A stretch of 64,000 nt of DNA from Blastocystis sp. Blastoise (Eukaryota > Protista > Bigyra: Opalinata): the NCBI GenBank assembly GCA_039096225.1, contig JBBPEB010000021.1, positions 186,001 to 250,000 of the forward strand. The letters run 5' to 3'. The notes under the pieces are model-generated. The model was not told the DNA's origin and made no database searches. It saw only the letters and a program-made list of their open reading frames with translations. The position numbers and the translations under genes are program-made. The number at the start of each line of letters is the position of its first letter. The stretch's first letter is position 1. Positions 56,484-64,000 of the stretch are shown piece by piece.

Positions 56484-57367
56484 ATGGACGAACAGATCTC
56501 TCAACATGAAGTATATTATAGGAGAATATTGGCAATTAATTCTTTTTAGATTTCATTCTCTAACGTAAATGGATGCTTACAAAGTATTTTTTTAAAATTA
56601 TCTACTGTTTCTAAGCATTATTTTATAGATCAAATAGTTACTAATGCTCAAATGAGCAATCTTCCTCAAGTATTCTTTTTTTGTTCTATCATAATCATTT
56701 ATTTATGAACTCTTTAGGTTGCTGTTATTCAAAATCAGCAATACTTAGCATGTTCCAACGGACAACAAGTCGCTTATCCTATCGTTGTATGTTTAATTCA
56801 TATTATTTACATATTTTTCTTTTATTTACTTTTAATTTTGCGTGATTTTTATAATTTGAATACTCTATAGAATGGTGGTTATGCCACCTATTCTGCTCAA
56901 CCTTCAATGGATATGAATACTTATTATATTCCTGGCCAGACGGGTTCAGTGTCGAATGCTTTTGTTGCTTGTCCTGACGTGAACAATAAAAATGAGGATC
57001 CTCAGCATTTATTGAATAATGGACTTGAAATGAACATGAACAAGAATCTGTGTGTTGCCAGTAATCAGCAGGTAACAACTTCTTCTTCTTTAAATTATTC
57101 TAATAGTCTTAGACGAAGGAACCAAGTAGACGTCGTATGCAAAATACTCTTGTTGGTCGTTTAGCTGATTTTATGAGTAAATTTTTTTTTTTATTTTTTT
57201 TTTTTTTTTTTTTTATTTTTTATTTTATTTTTTTATTCTATTTTATTATGTATAGGACAAATGGCACGTCCTGTCACTATTGAAGAATGTATCCATGCAA
57301 TTGGTGATTCTTTTAGTGAATTGCGTAAAGCAGATGGTACAAAGTATATTTGAAATATTATTATTTA

Positions 57368-57415
<48 letters not shown>

Positions 57416-58953
57416 TATAAAGGTGACCATTTTAAAGCTATTAATGGCGCTCTTTTTTCTACTGGTATCTTTCGTCGTCATGAGGTATGTTTATTATTAT
57501 ATTTATTGGTTAATATGTTTATTTATAATATATAATTATATAGGACAATCGTTGGGTTCTTCGTCCTGAGGAGATTCATGCCTATGAACAACGTATGCAG
57601 CAGAAGTTTGAAGATAAATTAAAACGAAAAGCGTCTTCTGATGATTCATCATCGTATCCTGTTCCTCAGTCGAAGAAAAGACGTTGTACTCCTAAGAAGA
57701 CGAAGAAGGATGCTATCTTACACATGGTCAATCATTTAGTGGATGTCTATAAGCAAGATCCTGACACCAATGCAAACTATCTTAAAAACCCTTTCAAAGT
57801 ATTTATATATATTATTATTATTATTATATAATGAATTTTAACTTAAATTTTTATTTATTTTAATATAAATTATTAATACTATATATATAGGGTATAACTG
57901 GCGATGAAGATGTGACTCGTTTAAAGAAGAAATTAGGTGATGATAAATATGAATTTATGATACAAATATTTCATTTCTTTGAGAATAAATTCCCTTCTTC
58001 TTGTTCTTCTAAAAACACTATAAATACTAATAATAATAGTAGTAGTTTTGGTGGATTAGGTGTTTCTTCTACTAATATATCCCCTGCTTCATCTACTACT
58101 AATAAGTATACTAATAATACAAATACTTATTCTATGGATGGTTTGATATATACTTGTAATACTCCTTCTACAAGTATATCTCGTAGTGATATATATACTC
58201 CAGTATCTTATTTACCAGAACAAGAAATAGAGAGTTTCAAACCTGAAGGATCGATGGTCGCTTATGATTCAGTACATGCACTTCATTCGAATAGAATACT
58301 TCCTATTCATAATAATGCTATGAATAATAGTAATAGTAGTAGTAGTAATATATGTAGAAATACATGTATAGAGAACTATAGAGAGAGATCCTATAGTATA
58401 TCTAGTAATATTATGAATATTATGAATACAAGTCTCTATTCGAATGCTAGTACTAATAATAATACTATTATGAATACTAATAATAATAGTATACACAACA
58501 ATTCATCTTTAGAGATGAATACTGATAGTTTCGGTAATGAGAAGAACACTATTAGTCAAGTTGTAACTATGACAAACACACCGAATCTTAGAGCAGCATC
58601 GATTCCCGCGGGAATGATCTCTCCTACTTCATCAAGTGTATATTCTAATGGTATACCTTCTAGTGGTTCAGGTATTCTTTTATTTTTTTATTTTTTATTT
58701 TTTTTTTTATTTATTTTTTATAAATTTATATTATTTATTATGTTTATTTTATATTTTCACTCTATATCTAGATGAAGATAATGATGTTGAAGAGTATTAT
58801 TCTGGTATATCAACTCCAGGAATGCTTCTTCCTTCTACTTCTCCTTGTTCCTCTCAAGATGTGGAAGATATAAGACAACAGTTGCGATCCATTCAACAGA
58901 AATTGAGCCTTCTGGAACAATGCGGTGACTATAATAACAGAAACTACTTTTAA
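56484..58953 (+). CDS. Putative winged-helix-type DNA-binding protein with low-complexity tails, multi-exon
   Basis: Spliced domain RRRMQNTLVGRLADFMRQMARPVTIEECIHAIGDSFSELRKADGTKYKGDHFKAINGALFSTGIFRRHEDNRWVL, basic NLS-like KKRR, Ser/Asn-rich tail. Gene is clear; fold is inferred. Confidence 0.65.
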
Positions 58954-59363
58954 ATCCTATATATATATATACTATTTATATATATATTTATAAAACAAAC
59001 AACATAAGCTCAACACTATATATAGTTATTCTAATAATAACTATTTATCATTTTTTTTTTTTTTAAATCAAGAATTATTTGTCACTTATTATTTATATTG
59101 ATGTTGTTTTTAATAGTTTATTTTTTTATATTGTTATTTATACTTTTTAAATTATATATATATATTTTAAATATCATTTATTGAATTAATTCTATTTCTC
59201 TGTATAATAATTTCAATTCATTACTTCATTTTTTTCTATTTTATTCTTATTTATTTATTTGATGTTATTTATATGTTATTTTTTCTATAGATCTTTTTTT
59301 TTAATATAACAAGTATTTACAAATAGTATTTATATAATAGTCACTACGGACAGTTTTTTGGGG

Positions 59364-59640
59364 TTTAGTAAAAAGATAATCGCAAATTTCAGTGTGGTTT
59401 CCCCAGTGATCGAGCAGTAAAAAGGTTTAAAGACATTTCAGTGGGAATTTTTAAATATGCTTTAGTAAAAAGATAATTGAAAATTTTAGTTTGGTTTCCC
59501 CAGTGATCAAGCAGTAGAAACATATTTTGACATTTCAGTGGGAATTTTTAAATATGCTTTAGTAAAAAGATAATTGTAAATTTCAGTTTGGTTTCCCCAG
59601 TGGTGGAGCAGTGTCATTTTTGGTCAGAGTTTCAGTGGGT
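59364..59640. repeat. Tandem array of three ~97-bp units
   Basis: TTTAGTAAAAAGATAAT at 59364, 59461 and 59558; each unit has GGTTTCCCCAGTG and TTTCAGTGGG. Confidence 0.9.
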
Positions 59641-60439
59641 TTTTTTATCAACAGAGCAGTGAATAAGTATGACACACCTTAAAATAGATAATTGGCCAAT
59701 AGAAATGCTTATTTTCATCCTTTATTCTATATTTATTGGTCTTTATATTATTTTTGTGGTGTAATAATCAACGATACAACAAAACAAGCAAATTAAATAA
59801 CATCAAATTATAATTAAAAACATATCATTACTATATATATGAGAATAGGCAAAAAAATTCCCATTGGTCAGTTTTTGGAAAATTCATTTGATTGGCTACT
59901 ATATACTCAAGTTTGTACCCACAACTCCTCTAAACTTACGGGGAGTTAACTTTTCGTTGAAACACAGTTCAATAGGATATAACATGTAGTTGTGCACCAT
60001 ATATTTGGTTAAGCGATATTATTTATATTTAAAAAGTTATTAATAAAAGAACAGAAAACATGATTTTTGAGTCGTTTTTGATTGGCTCTTTGGGATCATC
60101 CCGATAAAAATTGTTGACCAGACAATTGAAAAATAAACATGGGGTAAACTTGATTTTTTCTCAATCCCACAATATACGTTATCCGTGTTTATTCTTTATA
60201 TTTATCTATTTTTTAATACTTTTTCATATTGAACACGTGAGGCCTTAACGGTCAAATTTAGATTCTTATTTTGACATGATATTCTGATTCAGGAGGTCAA
60301 AAAACCTAGGTGTACCAATTTTGAGCTCCTGAGGACGATTTTTGAGTGATCGATATTTTCTTCGATCTTCTTATAATGGACTAATATTGTATCATAGTAA
60401 TCAATAGGTCCTCAAACTACTATAGTTAAAACAAAGTTT

Positions 60440-61900
60440 TAAAATAATGAGTTTGAGTGTCACAATTTTGAAAAATGTGAATTAAGTGGTCTTAGAGTGA
60501 GAGATTCAATATAATGACTTTTATTTAGTAAACTAAAGATAATACTCTATTCTATGTCAAAAGAAGAGTCAAAATTATGAAGGTCAAAGTGTATGACCAA
60601 ATGACAAAATGTGTCTTAAAAAGTAAAAGGGTTTATATATGTGTTTCGAATCATATATTAAGTATATTCTATGAATAAGAGCTTTAAATAAATAGTTTAA
60701 GGTTGTCAAATTTCAAAGAATGTGTAAAACATAGTCTTAGACTTTGAATAAAAAATTTAGAGATATTAATTAGTGTACAGCTGTAGTAGCTCTACAACAT
60801 ATCAAAAGTACAAAGAAAATAATTTTTAGAGAGTGGATGTGTGAAGGGTTGTGACTATTATTTAAAATTTATTTTTACTTCAGTTTATATAAAATCGTGA
60901 ATTTCGTGCACTGTAGAAAAATTGAGTCAAAAAGTCAACTCTAAGGGTCTTAAATTTAAAAAAATGTAAAAATGAGTGACTTAGAGGACGAGATTCAAAA
61001 TAAGAGCTTTTATTCATTAAACTAGAGTGTATGATCTATATTATGTTAAAAGGAGGGACAAAAATATTTTGGTCGAAGTGTATGACCAAATGGTAAAGTC
61101 TTCTTAATAAGTCTAAAGTGTTGACTAATGTGATTATAGAGTCATATAAAGTCTACTATGTGAATATTAGCTTTTAAAAATGTGTTTAAGTCTTTCAATT
61201 AGTAAAAATATGTTTAAAGAGAGTCATAAAATGAGAGTTTTAAGAAACGAGATATTGTTCAGTATACACTAAGAGACACTCTACAACATATCAAAAATAT
61301 AGCAAAATCTATTTTTAGAGACTGCATGTGTAAAGGGTTGTGAGAGTTATTGAAAAAATATTTTTACTTCAGTTTGTGCAAAATCGTGTTTTTGGAACAC
61401 TGTAGAAAAATTAACTTCAAAAATCAACTCTAAGGGTCTTAATTTTTAAAAATGTGAAAATGTTTGACTTAGAGGACGAGATTCAAAATTCCATCTCACT
61501 TTCATATAACTAGACCACACAGTCTATATTATATCAAAAGGAGGGACGAAAATATTTTGGTCAAAGTAAATGAGCAAATGCAAAAGGTTTACGAAATGTC
61601 TTAAAGTGATGACCAATGTGTAGCTATGGTATTATTAAGTATAGTGTGTAAATATTAGCTTATAAAAATGAATTTAAGTGTGTCAACTTTTCATAATGTG
61701 TCAAAAAGGGTCTTTAAGAAAGAGATTCAAAACATTTACTTTTATTTAATAAATAGTATGATAAACTCTATACTATATCAAAAGACTGACGGAAACTGTT
61801 TTGATACAGTGGATCTTGAATGGGTAAAGTCTATTTAAAAGTCACTTTTTCGAGTCATTTATGATTAAAATAAGTATTTGAGACAACTGAAGAAATATTA
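60440..61900. repeat. Diverged satellite: about six ~244-bp monomers with a 488-bp dimeric higher-order period
   Basis: TCTA...T[G/A]T[C/T]AAAA anchor at 60545, 60790, 61034, 61279, 61522, 61766; CTTAGAG..GAGATTCAA at 60491, 60980, 61468. Confidence 0.85.
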
Positions 61901-62339
61901 ACTTTTTAAACCATGTTTTATTAGTCAAAGTTAGAATGAATGCTGACTTTGTTATGATTAAAGCTTTCTAATTCTTTTAAAAAGTATGAAAATGAGTTTA
62001 AATCATTATATTACGTTTATTTAAATAACTTTTATGAATTAAAAATACTTCAGAGTTCTTCACATTGTGACTCATTTCTAAAGTTATTGACTTTAAAAAC
62101 TCACAAAATGTTTAAAACAGTTGTTTAATTATTAATAAATACAAAATATATTTTAAAAATAATAAATAATATGTATAATGATTCAAAATAGTTTTTTAAT
62201 TTTCTTTCAAGTATTGTTTTTAGTTTTTTTGATATCATTTAAAGAATTTATTTAATTCTTATATCAGGAATTGAACCTGATTACAATCAATAAATGATTG
62301 TAACTCTCCATATAGAGTATAAGAAGTGTTATTAAAGTA

Positions 62340-62490
62340 ATATATAATATATAATATATAATATATAATATATAATATATAATATATAATATATAATATA
62401 TAATATATAATATATTATATATTATATAATATATAATATATAATATATAATAGATAATAAATAATAATATATAATAGATAATATATAATA
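62340..62490. repeat. (TATAA)n microsatellite
   Basis: Direct reading. Confidence 0.85.
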
Positions 62491-62534
62491 ATGAAAAAAA
62501 GAAAATAAAAGCCAAACTGTTATTATTTTATGCA

Positions 62535-62581
62535 GCCGCGGTCCGGTGCCGTTAGGCCCCGGACCTGCGGCGTGACCCTAG
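62535..62581 (+). mobile_element. Helitron-type 3' terminus (GC-rich hairpin followed by CTAG|T)
   Basis: GCCGC-GGTCCGG-T-GCC-gtta-GGC-C-CCGGACC-T-GCGGC stem-loop, 6-nt spacer, CTAG 62578-62581, then T. Confidence 0.72.
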
Positions 62582-62694
62582 TAATAAAAACAAGAATAAT
62601 AAATATATAAAAAACAATATAATAAATATTTAAAAAAAGATAATAAAACATATAATTAACAATATAATTTAGTATATATAATATTTAATAATAT

Positions 62695-63358
62695 TTAAGC
62701 AGCAGGACAGTTTCAGTCTTTAATTGGAAACCCAAACCAAGCCAACCTATATAAAGAGATGATATTAATTAACTAGTACTATTAGTAATATATATAACAT
62801 TTTAAAATAATAATAAAATAAAAATATATACCTTTTATCACGACAATTACAAGAAAAGAAAGGAAGCGAAGACAAGGAACCATCCTATAAAAGATATATT
62901 AAATAGTATAAGTAATAAAAAGGAATATAATTAATATATATACATACCTTTGATAAGCCATTCTCTCCAATTAACAACAACGACAGCAACGGAACCCCCG
63001 GAAACCTATATAAAGATAGAGTAAGTTATATAATATAATAATATATAATAAAGTAAATTAATATAGAATAATAAAATATAAATATATACATTACTGCTAT
63101 ATAAATATAAAGTGGGGTTAGTTATATAATATGTAATAGATAATATAGATGATATATACCTTCTTTTAACATTGATTCCTTCCATTCTAGACCTAAAGAA
63201 CCCATCTATAAGAGAGCCACGACCACACAAAAGAAGGACCAGAACGTTTAAGGAGACCAGCAAGTGTCAAAACACCAAGCAGAGACAGCTACTATAGAAA
63301 ATGAATGAATAGAGTAGAAAAAATAAAATATAAAGAAACAGCAAACACCTACCATCAT
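62695..63358 (-). other. Spliced transcription unit with about five GC-richer exons and no convincing long ORF
   Basis: Exon-like blocks 63160-63288/91, 62948-63005, 62832-62884 and ~62695-62746, each bounded by canonical GT/AG on the minus strand. Confidence 0.5.
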
Positions 63359-64000
63359 AATAGTATCATATATAATAAAATAAAAATAAAATTTAATAAT
63401 ATATCATATTAATCATATAAGATATAATAAAATAAATATGTAATAAGTCATATTGCTTTTTTGTTTTGTTGTAAAAGGGAATAATAGGAATTTAGAAGAT
63501 ATGACTGAAATATTGGGCAGCAAATATTCTGCTAATTCATTTTGTCGGTTCTGGCTATATTTTTAAACCAGAAAAATAACGATTATTTTTCCCACAATTT
63601 ATTCGTTCAATTTATGATTATTTGAATATTTTAGTAGGAAAATATAAGTCAAAAATCAATAGCAGAAAGTATATTTTGAGTTGTTTTGAGTTTACTATAA
63701 AGAATCAGATTAAATTAAACATTTTTTATTAAATTAAAAACTCTCAAGTATATGTAAAAACCATAAAATATATATATATAAGTATTATTAAGGAGATAAT
63801 TTAAAAAATGTGAATAATATAGTGAAATAATGATTTATAAGAGGAAAATAGTTTAATATTTACGGTAATTTCATAGAACACCTTTAAGTTACACCTTACT
63901 TATTTATACTATTTATTATTGATTTATAACTAATTTCAATATTAATTGTTTAAGTATACAATAGAGATAGTCAGAGAGTGGTTAGGATATATTATAATAA

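Noticed and set aside
59364-59640. CRISPR-like array
   Set aside because: Whole 97-bp units are homologous with no unique spacers; eukaryotic context and no cas genes.
62531-62581. tRNA or bacterial terminator
   Set aside because: Single hairpin with no cloverleaf and no U-tract; the following CTAG|T fits a Helitron end better.

Overview
Very AT-rich, intron-rich eukaryotic (protist) genomic DNA using the standard code and GT-AG introns. Short introns and a TGTTT(T)GTT motif downstream of many stop codons resemble Blastocystis-like stramenopiles (inference). Most entries in the ORF track are exon-plus-intron read-through or microsatellite artefacts. About 16 conventional genes can be supported: cathepsin L-like protease, trefoil-GH31 alpha-glucosidase, AAAP amino-acid transporter, a type-I membrane protein, STE24, WASHC3-like, prefoldin/PDRG1-like, PLAA/Doa1, IscA, NSUN2, an AWS-SET-postSET methyltransferase, NAE1, CCT7, a SPEC3/Stum-like protein, long-chain acyl-CoA synthetase and a winged-helix-like protein. 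Main unannotated signals: (1) three 32-33-aa hydrophobic microprotein genes at 35.7-39.1 kb sharing CxVxGxxLx[QE]VGxC and a Lys tail, two of them differing only at synonymous sites; (2) introns with self-complementary (AT)n ends, some being only GT(AT)nAG; (3) a Helitron-type 3' end next to a 244/488-bp higher-order satellite and a 97-bp tandem array; (4) a 97-bp CACTA-type hairpin element; (5) a dispersed palindromic TTCCC-RY-GGGAA-like motif; (6) an IscA lacking its third conserved Cys. Exon structures were read by eye, and coordinates of multi-exon genes are outer bounds.
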